A stretch of DNA of 64,000 nucleotides from the human T2T-CHM13v2.0 reference genome, Homo sapiens, in NCBI RefSeq assembly GCF_009914755.1, contig NC_060926.1; one strand, written 5' to 3'. The translations under genes and the position numbers were made by a program. Positions 27,085 to 39,338 of this stretch are shown piece after piece (the first letter of the stretch is position 1; every line of letters begins with the position of its first letter). The notes below the pieces were generated by a model that did no database searches, was not told the DNA's origin, and worked only from the letters and a program-made list of their open reading frames with translations.

Positions 27085-27645
27085 AGTCCCTTGCTGAAAA
27101 TGCTTCAGTGGCTCTCCATGGCCCTTAAAGTCAAGTACAAAGTCTACAAGCGGAAAAGTGATCTGCAAAGCCCTTCAGGATCTGACCCCAGGTCACTTGT
27201 CTAGTCAAGGGATGGCTATTTTTTGTTGTTTTGCTTTTCAGTTCCTCAAATATTCAAAGCTTTCTTTTGCCTCTGAGCATTTGTTCCTACTGTTCCTTCT
27301 GCTTCTGTATCTCTTCATCTTGGTCCGATTAGCCCTTACTCATATCCTTCCAGTTTCAGTCTAAATGTCACTCGTTCCAGAAACCACTACTGACCCCCCC
27401 AAGTCTATGTCATGCACCCTTTCTTCTTGGCATCTGACACTTCTTGGCATCTGACACTTGGCGAAACTTCCCTGTTTTGCAGCTTTTACCCACTTTGCCA
27501 TAGCTGCCTGTTTACTTGTGTGTATTCTTTCAAATACTCTGATTTTTCCAGAGGGCAGGCAGTGACTCTTCTTCAATATTGTATTCTCAACGCCCGGTGG
27601 ACAATGTTGGTACTAGACAGTGTTTTGAACAAATGAATAAATGAA
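27085..27645 (+). mobile_element. L2 3' region
   Basis: 'ccttgctgaaaatgcttcagtggctctccatggccc' through a 'gaacaaatgaataaatgaa' tail; 17-bp tandem duplication at 27424-27457. Confidence 0.75.
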
Positions 27646-27724
27646 GGAGAGAAGAAATGAATTCTCAGTGATATTTCTGTAAGATAAGCAACCGCTATTA
27701 TTTATATTACACATTTCAAATAAT

Positions 27725-27961
27725 CTTTTCAAAAACAAGTATAACTCATCTATGGTAATGGAAATCAAAATAGTGGTTACCTTTGGAGGTACTGATGAGG
27801 AAAAGGCACAAGGGAATTTTCAGGGGAGCAGAAAATTATCCGCATCTTACTCTGGGTGTTGGTTTCATAGGCATGTGCAGACATAAAAGTTCAATGAGCT
27901 GCGTACCTACAATTTGTACCCTTTGTTGCATACGTTAACATAAAATAAGTAAAAAAAAAAA
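27725..27961 (+). mobile_element. L1ME-type 3' end
   Basis: 'atctatggtaatggaaatcaaaatagtggttacctttgg...aaggcacaagggaattttcagggg' followed by an A tail. Confidence 0.75.
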
Positions 27962-29240
27962 GTTATAACTACCTTTATCTCACTCTAATACTAAAGATAC
28001 ATTTTACCATTTGTTAGCTCAAAGAAATCTGAGATCTGGTTTTAAAAGCAACCTTGTAGTTCTGTTTAAGATTCTACAATTTAATAAAATTATCTAAAAC
28101 CTCCAAGCACTTAGAGTGGGCCCATGCAGGGCCTTTTCTTCTACCTTTATAGCCCAGAGAAATTCCAAACCAGAAAAGGGGCTGGGTTTGATCTTGTCTG
28201 AGCATCTTGCGGGAATCAGTTTCCTTTCAGGCCCTCCAATAATGCGAAATTCTCTTCCTCCTGTTTTTAACCCCATAAGCACCAAGCGAACTGCACTTCC
28301 AAAGCTTGCCTGAAATGAGTTTTAGCAAACCCATGAACCCTGTTGATCAATAGTCACCCTAAACTGAACCCACTTCCAATAGTGACCAAAGAATTCTTCT
28401 GACCAACAACGGAATTCCCCCATTCTCAGACTGACTTCTTCAAGGAGACTTCAATGAACTAAGCAGAATTCTTGTGCAATGAAGCCATCATTCCAGCAGA
28501 TCAGCATTTAGAATTGCTTCAAGAACCTATTCCATATTTCAAGAGAGATGGAGTTAGCTTTCCTCTTATAAAATGAATTTCATGTGTATGCTTGCTTATA
28601 GAATTCTTGAGTTATCTTTATTTATAGTTATTTTTACTCCTCATACAACTGTGGAATGATATTGGGGCTCCAGTGATGAGGACATGCAGGGGTTACCGGG
28701 CCCCAGGACAGGAAGCATTCTGGCAGTGGCTCTGTCCTCAAAATGATACTGTGCTGCAGCGGCTTGGGTCCCAGGGACTAAGGAGGGACCCAGTGGCCTC
28801 TCTGGAGTAATGTAGTCACAGAGACTCCAGGCAGCTCCCGCACTGGGCTCAACACTGCGAGGCTCTCCTACAGCTAGGCTTGCAGGCATTTGTGGTGGGA
28901 ATGTTGCCTGCAGGGCATCTCCTGCTTACATTTCCTACTCAAGGCGGGGCGCCCTTGACTGTGAGCTGATCCTGACCGGCTGCTTTGCTTTCCTCTTTGT
29001 GCTGCCATCCCGAGTTTCTGCACCTCAGAGGGTCTTTGTAACGTTTTTGCTGAGCTTCAGTGCTCTCCTTTAGACATTTTATTTGGCATGTGATTGTCTA
29101 CTTGTTCTTTTGGTCCTTCTTTGTGGAGGAGGCAAATGCTGGGCAGCTATAGCAAGCTTTCTGGACGACCAAGATTCTTCTAACCTTTGAAAAACCAAGA
29201 CATGTCAGAATAATGCAAGTTATCTGTTTTTATAAACATA

Positions 29241-29241
<1 letters not shown>

Positions 29242-29273
<32 letters not shown>
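29242..29273. repeat. (CA)16 microsatellite
   Basis: Read directly. Confidence 0.97.
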
Positions 29274-29276
<3 letters not shown>

Positions 29277-29320
29277 CAGGGTCAGTACTAGACAATGTAG
29301 GTGTGTAAAAAAGTACTCCA

Positions 29321-29622
29321 GGCTGGGTGTGGTGGCTGATACCTATAGTCCCAGCACTTTGAAAGGCCAAGGTGAGAGAATTGCTTGAGCCCAGGAGCTC
29401 ACCACCAGCCTGGGTGATGTGGCAAGACCCCATCTCTACAAAAAATTAAAAAATTAGCCAGATGTGTTGGCACATGCCTGTGGTCCCAACTGTTCGGGAG
29501 GCCAAAAAGGGAGAATCGCTTGAGCCCAGGCGGTTGAGACTGCAGTGAGCCGTACTCACACGCCTGCACTCCAGCCTGAGAGACAGAGCAAGATCCTATC
29601 TCAAAAAAGAAAAAAAAAAAAA
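29321..29622 (+). mobile_element. Alu (AluJ-like)
   Basis: Full dimer; TSD aaaagt(t)actcca. Confidence 0.95.
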
Positions 29623-30354
29623 GTTACTCCAAAACTTACCGACTTACAACAACAACAATATTTATGTTGTCCACCAATCTGCAATTTGGGCAGGGCTTAG
29701 CAGAGAAAGGGAATATAAGGATGCTTGTGAAAACATTTTAAATGCAATATTTATATAAAGTACGGTAATTATATTGCACTTTTGCGATAGTAATGATTTT
29801 CCCCTTTTTCTATCACCGCCTCCCCTCCTCCATTCAAGCACGTAGCCCAGTTCTGTGTTTATAATGGCAGGAGAAGAGCATTATGAGACTGGGCAGGAAA
29901 CAGATCGCAGAGGAGTCACTAGCTTTTGTGTTTTCACCTGCGTGAATCCTTTCAAGAGCTCAGGCCAGATGCCTGGGATGCAAACATCACTGATTGAGGG
30001 ATTTCCTCTGAGAAAAAACATCAAGAATCCCGCCTCCAAGTGTCAGTCAGATCTCTTGAGGAAATTCTAAATCTCACTAGGTATTTCAATAGAGTGGGTT
30101 TAATTTTGGAAATTGGCTCTCTAGGTGTTGGAGGGCTAAAAGAGCAAAAGTAGGCTTTGAGGGAATAATCTGGAGGAAATAACAGGCAGCTTCCAACTGG
30201 ATGGCTCATGGGGAGGGACAGCAATGGGGAGAAAGTGGGGCTTAGTAGACCCTAGAAGCTCCAGCAGAGGACCTCGTGGAGGTAGTGCTCCTGCCGCCTC
30301 CCCAGCCGTGGATGGCTCTTCTCTTCTGAGGGACCCTGATGTAGCAGGTGCTAG

Positions 30355-30450
30355 TGTCAGAGGCGTTTGAATCAGAACAACTCCATCTTGAGTAGGGGCT
30401 GGGTAAAATGAGGCTGAGACCTACTGGGCTGCATTCCCTGACAGTTCAAG
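30355..30450 (+). mobile_element. MER41 LTR, first ~95 bp only
   Basis: tgtcagaggcgtttgaatcagaacaactccatcttgagtaggggctgggtaaaatgaggctgagacctactgggctgcattccc; similar to the reverse complement of 33665-33755. Confidence 0.92.
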
Positions 30451-30870
30451 CCCTGCCCCGCGGGGAGGCGGCTGAAGCCTGGAGAGAATTCGAGAGCAGC
30501 GTGGGCGGGCCGGCAGTGCCGGGGGACCCACCGCACCTTCCGCAGCTGCTGGCCTGGGTGCTAAGCCCCTCGCTGCCCGGGGCCGGCGGCGACGGCTGAC
30601 TGCTCAGAGTGCGGGGCCTGCCAAGCCCACGCCCACCCGGAACTTGCGCTGGCCAGCGAGCGCAGCAGGCAGTCCCGGTTCCTGCCCGCGCCTCTCCCTC
30701 CTCACCTCCCCACAAGCAGAGGGAGCTGGCTCCGGCCTCAGCCAGCCCAGAGAGGGGCTCCCACAGTGCAGCCGCGGGCTGAAGGGCTCCTCAAGCGCAG
30801 CCAGAGTGGACGCCGAGGCCCAGGAGGCGCCAAGAGTAAGTGAGGGCTGCTAGCGCGTTGTCACCTCTCA
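30451..30870 (-). mobile_element. LTR12 (ERV9; LTR12D/E-like) 5' ~420 bp, CpG-rich
   Basis: Reverse strand begins tgagaggtgacaacgcgctagcagccctc...gcgcttgaggagcccttcagcccg. Confidence 0.92.
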
Positions 30871-31506
30871 CTGGGACTGCTGGAAAACACTGAGGCAGAA
30901 GTCCGAAGGCACTGCTGCTGGTGGAACAAATTGGCAGTCTTGGGCAACACTGACAGGACTGGCAGTAATCGGGAAGGAAGCCACTTTTCCCTTCCTTCTG
31001 CCTTCCATCCTCTTCTGCTGCATCCAGCTGCAGAATTAGCAGAAAGTCAGCCAGCAAAGGAGCCTGGAAAATAGTTTCCAGAATCTCAGTCCCAGAATCA
31101 CAGAGCACGGCACAGAAAGGGTGGATGTGGAGCAGAAAGGTAATAGGTAGATAACTTGCATGTTCATGTACTTGGAAAAAAAAAGGTACCACTGGATTTA
31201 GGACAGAAGAAATTGGGAGTTCCTCAATAAGAGAGCTATAGTTTGCTTGGTCCTGTGACCTTGTTTCCTAGGCAGAGGCTTAGGAACTAAAGAAAAAAAT
31301 GCAAACAGGAAGAAGAAACTTTGCAGATACATTTGTAAATGATTGTTCAAGGATGGAGTACACTCCTTCCCGTGCCTTGGTCCTCCATTACCCCAGCCCC
31401 TGTCAATTTAGACAAACCTCCAGAAAGAAGGAACTTGGCTGACATTGACCAAGATTAAATTTCAGTTCCCAGGCAAAGTGAGGTCTTAAAATAGAAACTA
31501 ATCTAT

Positions 31507-31822
31507 ATGGGGCATGGTGGCTCATGCCTGTAATCCCAGCACTTTCGGAGGTCAAGGAGGGAGGATCACTTGAGACCACGAGTTTGAGACCAGTCTGAGG
31601 AACATAATGAGACCCTGTCCCTACAAAAATAAAAATTAAAAAATTGGCCTGGCATGGCAGCATGGACCTGTAGTCCTAGCTACACAGGAGGCTGGGACAA
31701 GAGGATTGTTTAAACCCAGAAGTTTGAGGCTGCAGTGAGCTGTGATCATGCCACTGTGCTCTAGCCTGGGCGACAGAGGAAGACCCTGTCTCTAAAAAAG
31801 GGGGGAAGAAAAAGAAGAAAGA
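31507..31822 (+). mobile_element. Alu (AluJ-like)
   Basis: Dimer with 'gaggctgcagtgagctgtgatcatgcc'; A/G-rich tail. Confidence 0.94.
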
Positions 31823-32929
31823 AATCAGCTTGAGCCTTAAAAAATGAAGGAAATTAATATTTCAAGTATGTCTGAATTTGTGGACCGATAGTTATACCCT
31901 TTGCAGTATATTTTTTAATTGTATAAAAAAACTGCAGAGACAGGGAAAATGCTGGGAGGACAACACAAAATGCTTGCAATTATTATTTCTAGAGGCTAAA
32001 ATTATGGCTGATTCTTTTTTTCTTTATACCTTTCATTATTTCCCTAATTATCTACAATAAATGTATCGTTTTTACAATAACAATTATTTTCAAGAGCCTG
32101 TTAATGTAAATGTTATACTGTGATTTACTATTATATCATGTCTCAAAAACATATCTGAATTGGCCTGATAAAAAGCCTAAATTTCCCTTTTTAATTTTCT
32201 TATTTTTTAAGGAAGATTAGAAGCCAGCAAGTCCTGTGAATTTCATTTCTCATTGCATTCTCCTAAACCTCATGCACCTTCTGATTAAAAGGAAGGGTGT
32301 AGTCTTCATCTTGAATTTCATTTTGACAAAAAAAATTAGTTTCAATCATTTTTCTTTATAAATATTTGTAAACTCTTTCCTCTGTGCATTGGTGCCAGAG
32401 TCTGGCTCTATTACGGTCATCCACAATTGATCTTGAAAATATGGCAGAAATGGTATGCTGGAAGCCTTGGAGAATATGTTTTAAAAGTTCAGACCAAGTT
32501 CTGTTTTAGTCAGTAAAACAGGGGCCATGGGACAAGATCTGGGAGATAAAGATGATTAGAGGAAAGAAACAGGAAAAAAACAGGAAGAGAAAAAACTGAA
32601 ATCGTTTAACTTTGCAAGAGGCTTGACTTCCAGGACAAACAAGGACTTGGGAATTTCAAATTTGCACCTGCCTTTAGGCATTATGCGTTGAAATCCATTG
32701 TCAATACCCTGTTATTAGTCCAAGAGATTTCTACAGATAGCAAGATGCCTGGAATTCCAAAAGGAAGAAGTTACATTCAAAGAAGCATTTTATTGGCATC
32801 TGTAAACAGGCCAACACCTGTTAGAAGAAAGTCAAAACACAGATGAAAAAGAACCAATGCAAACATTCCAGACAGACATCAATATTGCCCACTCCATAAG
32901 ATATTCCTCATGTTGGACTGCACTTTCCA

Positions 32930-33216
32930 CACTCTGATGTTTAGGATTGGCCATGACTTGGTTCATGAAGTGTGAATGGAACAGGTCTGTGTCCCTTCCC
33001 ACTTCTGAGAAGATCATGATCTTCCCAGGTCTGGGAAGAGACTCCCCAGGTCTCTCTTGAGCCAGCATTGGCATCAGCCTGTATTCTTCGAGTGTGATGA
33101 ACAAAACAGCCCTGCTGAATCTTGATTGACATATAACAGGAGCAAAAAATAATCTTTGTGGTTTAAGTCACCATGACTTTGGGGTTGCTTGTTATTGCAG
33201 CATAACCTAGTCCACC
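32930..33216 (+). mobile_element. Old MLT1 (J/K/L-like) LTR 3' part
   Basis: 'aataatctttgtggtttaagtcacc...ttggggttgcttgttattgcagcataacctag'. Confidence 0.65.
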
Positions 33217-33220
33217 CAAT

Positions 33221-33755
33221 TGTTACAGGAAGAAGGTCCTGATCCAGACCCCGAGAGAGGGTTCTTGGATCTCGTGCAAGAAAGAATTCAGGACAAGTCC
33301 ATAGAGTAAAGTGAAAGCAAGTTTATTAAGAAAGTAGAAGAATAAAAGAATAACCCTTGAGGGTTGCTGGTTGCCCATTTTTGTGGTTATTTTGTGATGA
33401 TATGCTAAACAGGGGGTGGATTATTAGTGCCTCCCCTTTTTAGACCATATAGAGTAACTTCCTGACAATGCCAGGGCATCTGTCAACTGTGATGGCGCTG
33501 GTGGGAGTATAGCAGTGAGGATGACCAGAGGTCACTGTCCTCACCATCTTGGCTTTGGTGGGTTTTGGCCAGCTTCTTTACTGCAAGCTGTTTTATCAGC
33601 AAGGTCTTTATGACCTGTATCTTGTGCTGACCTTCTAGCTCATTCTGTGGCTTACAATGGCTTCACCTTCTGGGAATGCAGCTCAGTAGGTTTCAGCCAT
33701 ATTTCACCCAGCCCCTGTTCAAGATGGAAGTGCTCTGGTTCACACGCCTCTGACA
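33221..33755 (-). mobile_element. MER41A solo LTR
   Basis: tgttacaggaag...gatccagaccccgagagagggttcttggatctcgtgcaag...cacgcctctgaca; perfect 4-bp TSD CAAT; 'ggattattagtgcctccccttttt' lacks the MER41B tandem-GAS segment. Confidence 0.92.
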
Positions 33756-35149
33756 CAATGTTACCATATCCATCCTCACCAAAGCATTTTAAAGGACCTA
33801 TGTATTTGCAAGTGTTCTCCATTGAGGGAGACAGAATGGATGTACATAATCATTTCAGTGATTTAGGGCAGGGATTTAGACATTTTGATAACTTTCTTGA
33901 TTTAAAATGTGTAACATTTTATTTTGCTTCCTTCTATTACAGACATGCTGTGCTATGCTTTTCTGAGAAATACTTTTTAATTTTATATTCTTATTCCCCC
34001 TTACTCCCAGTTATTTCTTAAAATCTTTTTGATGAATGCTTAATGTTCATTCCCATGAATATAACTGATAACTTTATCTTTTTAAACATTATCTTTTAAA
34101 ATTTAAGTGCCTGTGTCTATGTAATCTAAGCAATTTTTTAATTTTTATGTTTAGATACTTTATCTGGCAACCACACAATAAATAGAAGACTCTACTCTTC
34201 TTTTCTTTAATAAATTCCACAAGGAGCAGAACTAGTAAGAGGAAATTAGTGTTTGAAAAATCAGTATGGCTGTGAAAAGAAAGCTCTCTAAGAATAGGAC
34301 TATTGTGGCTATGAATTAATGAAAAAATATTCCACTATTTTCTTTAAGTCTATCTTTCTTCAAGATCTTGTAAAGCATTCTTCCAGGCTGCTAATAATTG
34401 GCTTTTTTCAAACTTGATATTCAGGCTTAAAAAAAAAAATCCTTTTTTCCAGGTGCTCCCATCAGTAGGGTAAATTTAAGAATTATTTTTACTGGATGTG
34501 GATCTTCTTGAGAGAACTGGCAAACCAGGCAACTTTGAAGCTACAGTTTTTTCATTAGCTGGGAGCTGTAACCTGACCCCTCCACCCTGACCACATTTGA
34601 CCTAAGTGAACACAGTCTGTCTCCGGTACATGGATAAGATTGGAGGGAAAAGATAGTCTGCAGGTCCCCAGCTGAGAGAAGGGGAAGGAGGGAAAGATAA
34701 GAACTGTGGTTTCAAATATCCTTAATGGGAATTCTCCACAGTCGTTTTTCATCAGGGCTGCGTGCTGTCAGAGCTTTGATTAGCGCCTCTTCCCTGGGAA
34801 TCCTTTTGTTTGGTCAGTCTAGTGTTTGAACTTTGGCCAGGCCATTTTTTGTATTCTCCAGGTAACTAGGTCTGTTTTGATACAGCCCCTGGGGAGTGAC
34901 TCATAGTCTCTAAAGGATAGACCACTATCTGATGTTTTGTTTTCCTCCTATGTCCATACCCTGAAAGGCAAGGGTGATTTTTTTTTCTTTGCTGTTTTCC
35001 TGGCTGTTGTCTTGCTGGCTTGGAAAGTCTAAAACGCATTCAAGCCATGGCACCCGGCATTTTCATCAGTATTTTTATTGGTTTGTTTCTTTTTTGGTTA
35101 TGCATACTGAAAGTAAATCAACATATTAAAAAGCAAGAGAAAGAGATCA

Positions 35150-35750
35150 GAAAAGGAACGACATTTGTTAGTGGTTTCTGATTTATGAGTCTGAAGGACC
35201 TGTCACATTGAGCCTCGGCATGATATTAATTAGCTGCATGGCTGAAACGCCTTGTCAGTGTCGCACATTAAAGACGCACCTTGCAGCTGGGAAGGAGAGA
35301 CTCTGAAGAGAGGGGAGGGGCGGCTGCAAATACAAACCACGCTGATCACTTTTGCCTGCATCTCCACACTGCTAACAAAAGGCAACTCACCGAGGCACAC
35401 TTTCCGATTCTTGGTTTGTAAAAGCTGGTGAGAATATCAATGAAGCCCCACCTAATTTTTGCCTATTAATAATGCAGCTCCAGAAAGTGAAAAATATGAA
35501 AAACACAACCAGTTTTTCAGTCAATAAGAAAGGCCTTTTTTTTTTTTTTAATTTGGAGTCCTATGCAAGTGGCCTTGTCATGGCAGGGCCTTGACCAGCT
35601 CACAGCCGGTGTTCCATTTACAGTAACAGGGCGTGGCAGGTTGCGCAATAGGGCTGAACGGCGCAGTGCTCAGAGGAAGCCCCGACTGTCACGTTGTGCA
35701 CGGAGTCTTGCAGTCTCTACAGGGGCCAAGAGCTGAGTCCATTTTCAGCC
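35150..35750. promoter_or_regulatory. Candidate enhancer (unique, CpG-retaining, C/EBP palindrome)
   Basis: TTGCGCAAT at 35641; 8 CpGs in 35607-35702; GAGGAAG at 35673; NR5A-like GGCCTTG at 35571 and 35587. Confidence 0.4.
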
Positions 35751-35799
35751 CCTCCACTTCTTCAGTGACATAGTCATCCTCTCCGTTAAGGGACACTGG

Positions 35800-35965
35800 T
35801 GGAAACACGTGCTAAAGCTAAAGAAGCTAAACAAATGCTGGGTGTTATCAGGAAGGCTACTGAAAACATAGCAGAGAAGCCAGCTTACTCTTGATCCAAA
35901 CCTCACTAGGCATGTTTGGTGCCATTCTGGGTGCCACATCTTAGGAAGAAGGCACAGAGCTGGGC
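35800..35965 (+). mobile_element. L3/CR1 relic
   Basis: 'aagctaaacaaatgctgggtgttatcagg...ttctgggtgccacatcttaggaag'. Confidence 0.5.
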
Positions 35966-37424
35966 AAGAATTCTTTCAGGTGGATCTCATGTGGGCCACA
36001 GATTGGTCTATTAATTACAGTTGTAACCACCCAACTTCCCCATGTTCCAGTCCCCAGTTGTCCACTGACCACAAAGACTCCTCACGACTGCCTCTCCAAG
36101 GAGTCTACCAAGAAAGCACCAGCATCGCTGGGTTGGTCTCTAGGTAGGCAGTCTTCAGGATGCTAGAGAGTTCTTCAACATGGAAGAACTGTGGCCTCCA
36201 CCCAATCCTGTCTCCCACGTTGTCACTTGAGCCTCACAGGGACAGTGCCCACAGCCTTTGGAAGTCCTGCCTGTGTTTCTGACCTCCACCCTGCCCTACA
36301 TTTACAAAGTATCTCGTTAAAGTGGTGCATCAGCTTTTGGTCCCCGATATCCTAATTGCCAAGGTGCCAACTCTGTATAAGATGCCATAAAGAGATCAGT
36401 TGCTGTCCCCTCCTCTTCACCCTCCACTTCTCTCCTCTTAGACTGTGCCTCCAAACTAACTCCTCCCTCCTTCAGATACAAATGAACCTGGCCCAGGGAC
36501 ATCAGTGATCCCAGAAGGGCCATACAAAGCCAAAATGAAGCCTTACCTTGGCAAGCTGAAATGTCCCATGACTCAACAAATCCTCACCAAATCTCTAGGA
36601 AGCATGAGTAGGGAAAATCCACCTTAGAAACAGAATCAGAGGTTGCAGTAATTTTTAGGTAGTCAGAAAGGCAGACAGAGATGCTGAAAGGTAGAGAGAG
36701 CCCTTCAGTTGTCTGTTCAGTCCAGTCCAGTGTGGTCTCCGCTGAACCACAAGCCCGTAAGTATAAGTAAGACACAATCCTTAAAAAAAAAAAAATCAAG
36801 CATGAAGAACGTCTACTACATCCATGGGACCAAGAGTAGGACATGCATTTTCTTGCTTCACCAGAGCTCGTGGAGACCCAGAGAGGAACTTAATTTAATA
36901 ATTCAAAGGAGATATAACTTTTGCTGCCCCTTCTTCCAGACATCTGATAAGCCAGGATTCATTTTTATGTTCAGCTATGTGAGACCAAAGTAACTTCTCA
37001 TGGTTGCCATGGGATACCTTCTAAATATGTGGCCTGATGTGATTTCCCCAAATTGTTAAGCAGTGAAAATATCATAGTTTCTAAGTATACAGATTTTTTT
37101 CAATTACATATCTAGATAAATGTGATATTTCCCCTTTGGGTTGTATGATATTAGACTTGGCTATGTTTCAGTAGATTTCAGTAACAGAATTAAAGACTTT
37201 CTAGCTACAGGGCATCAATAACTTAGAGACCAGTTAATTTGGGTTGACGATTTGAATGATGCCAACTTATTTTTTTTTTTTAACAGAGGAAATTTGTTTT
37301 GCAACAGAAAACATAAGAAATTTTCCCTGCTTGGAAGATACTCATACATACCAGGTATGCTCATCATACTTTGTATAAACCTTGACCAGTGAACTTTTAT
37401 GTAGTGACTATTTGTTCAGTTGTC

Positions 37425-37550
37425 CTTCTTCTCTACTAAACATGGGCTCCTGGAGGGCATGGAGTGTGTTGTTTGTCTCTATCCCTAATGTCTAGCACAG
37501 TGACTGATGCATTGGCGGTATTCCATAAATGGTGGTTAATGAATTGTACT
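37425..37550 (+). mobile_element. L2 3' end
   Basis: 'gctcctggagggcatgg...tctagcacagtgactg...ttaatgaat'. Confidence 0.6.
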
Positions 37551-38549
37551 TGGACAAAGAGGCCTTGGAAGAAAGATAGTGATAGCGTCAAGGAATAAAA
37601 TTTGTTTTGAATATAAGTCTTTGCCCCACCCACAATTTTTGGCTCTAGGGAGATAATAACAAAGATTTAACTGGAAATTCATTTCCCCACAAATATATAG
37701 AAACCCAGAAAATAGACTTAGGATTTAGAGCAGCAAGGCAATATCCTAGTAATCTACTGAAGCAGTTTGGCTGTTCTGCCACCCTGGAGGTAATTGTATT
37801 TGCGGTTGAGAAGGGATGCCACATCACATTATGTTGATCTGTATATCCATCACTGCCTGTGCTTTCCTCTGCCACCCCCTTGCATGATACAGTGTAATTC
37901 CAGTGATAGAGACTATTGTGACATTGCTAATATGAGGGAAAAAATAATTTTTTAAAATAAGGGATTTAGCAATGCCTGTGAAATGTTGAACATAGATACT
38001 TTTTAAAAAGTACTCATTTCTCATTTCTCTTTTACATGCTGGGATGTTTCCTTCAAGCCCTCCTTCATCTAAAGATGATGTAAATTTTCTGGCACATAAA
38101 TCCCTCTTTCTTACCTTCCTTTTCATCGTTAAATACTCTTTCCTTTCTGAAGGGAAGCACAGTTCCCCAAAGCCCATTGGTTTGCAGCAGCTGCAATAGA
38201 AAAAACCTGTGTGGAGTTCAAGTTTTTTTTTTTGTTTGTTTGTTTTTTGTTTTCAGAAGGAGGGAGAAGGGAAGTTCTACCCAAACAGTAATGGCCAGGT
38301 AGGAGACTCATACCTATTCTCCATCAGCTCTCTCTGAATCTGCCTGGGTACTACCTGGGCCTTGTCTTCAGGGCTGCAGTTGCCATAACTTCATAGGTTT
38401 TTGCAAATTCAGCTCCCAGAAGATGTTTTGTTTATTATTGTTTGCCTGTGATTATGGCCTACAGCTGTAACCACGATTTCCAGCTGACTTGTCAGCAGTT
38501 CAGCCTAATTGCAGGCAAAAGGACTCAGCATAATGTAGGTAGGGACCAC

Positions 38550-38730
38550 GTAAGGTGCTCTATACAATCACACAGCCCTGGGCTCCAATCCCGGCTATAG
38601 CTCTGTGACTCTGAACAGGTTACTTACTCTCTGAGCCCTTTAGTATACGTGTCTGTAATATCGGAATAAAAATATAGACTTCACTATATTGTCATGGAAT
38701 TAAGTAAGGTGAGGTATGTAAAGGGTGTGG
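38550..38730 (+). mobile_element. MIR
   Basis: 'cctgggctccaatcccggct...tgtgactctgaacaggttacttactctctgagcc'. Confidence 0.7.
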
Positions 38731-39022
38731 GAAAGAGGAGGCCCTATAAACAGTACAAATTCATTCCACTTTTGATTAGCTTCCTCTCTCTCCCAGTAGT
38801 AACAGAGGCTGCAAGATACAGAGGAAAATGGAAAACGCATCTTTGTTGGGATGCCCTGTTCACTCTTTCTGTCCCACCTCTTTTATATTCTCTTGCTATG
38901 GGAGGGCTGAAGGCCTCAGGATGAATGAGGGAAAATGAAGATGAAAACATGTTCTTAAGCGAAAACTTTTAAGAGAAGCAACAATACTTTCCTTGAATTC
39001 AAATTTTAAAAATCATAAATAG

Positions 39023-39338
<316 letters not shown>

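Larger units (their letters stand above)
30080..31165 (-). mobile_element. Old ERVL LTR (LTR41/LTR33-like) hosting the MER41/LTR12 insert
   Basis: Right part 'cagccagcaaaggagcctggaaaatagtttccagaatctcagtcccag...gggtggatgtggagcagaaaggtaatag'; left boundary and assignment of the left part are uncertain. Confidence 0.5.

Noticed and set aside
30261-30276. CTCF-like ccagcagaggac (also gcgccagagagcac near 39930)
   Set aside because: Mismatches at core positions; cannot be supported without ChIP data.
30408-31192. GC-rich ORFs or a gene CpG-island promoter
   Set aside because: Explained by the LTR12, MER41 and host LTR sequence.
33221-33755. MER41 as an interferon-gamma (STAT1) enhancer
   Set aside because: This copy is the MER41A type lacking the tandem GAS segment of MER41B. 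Only a single TTCTGGGAA (33668) remains, which is not enough evidence.
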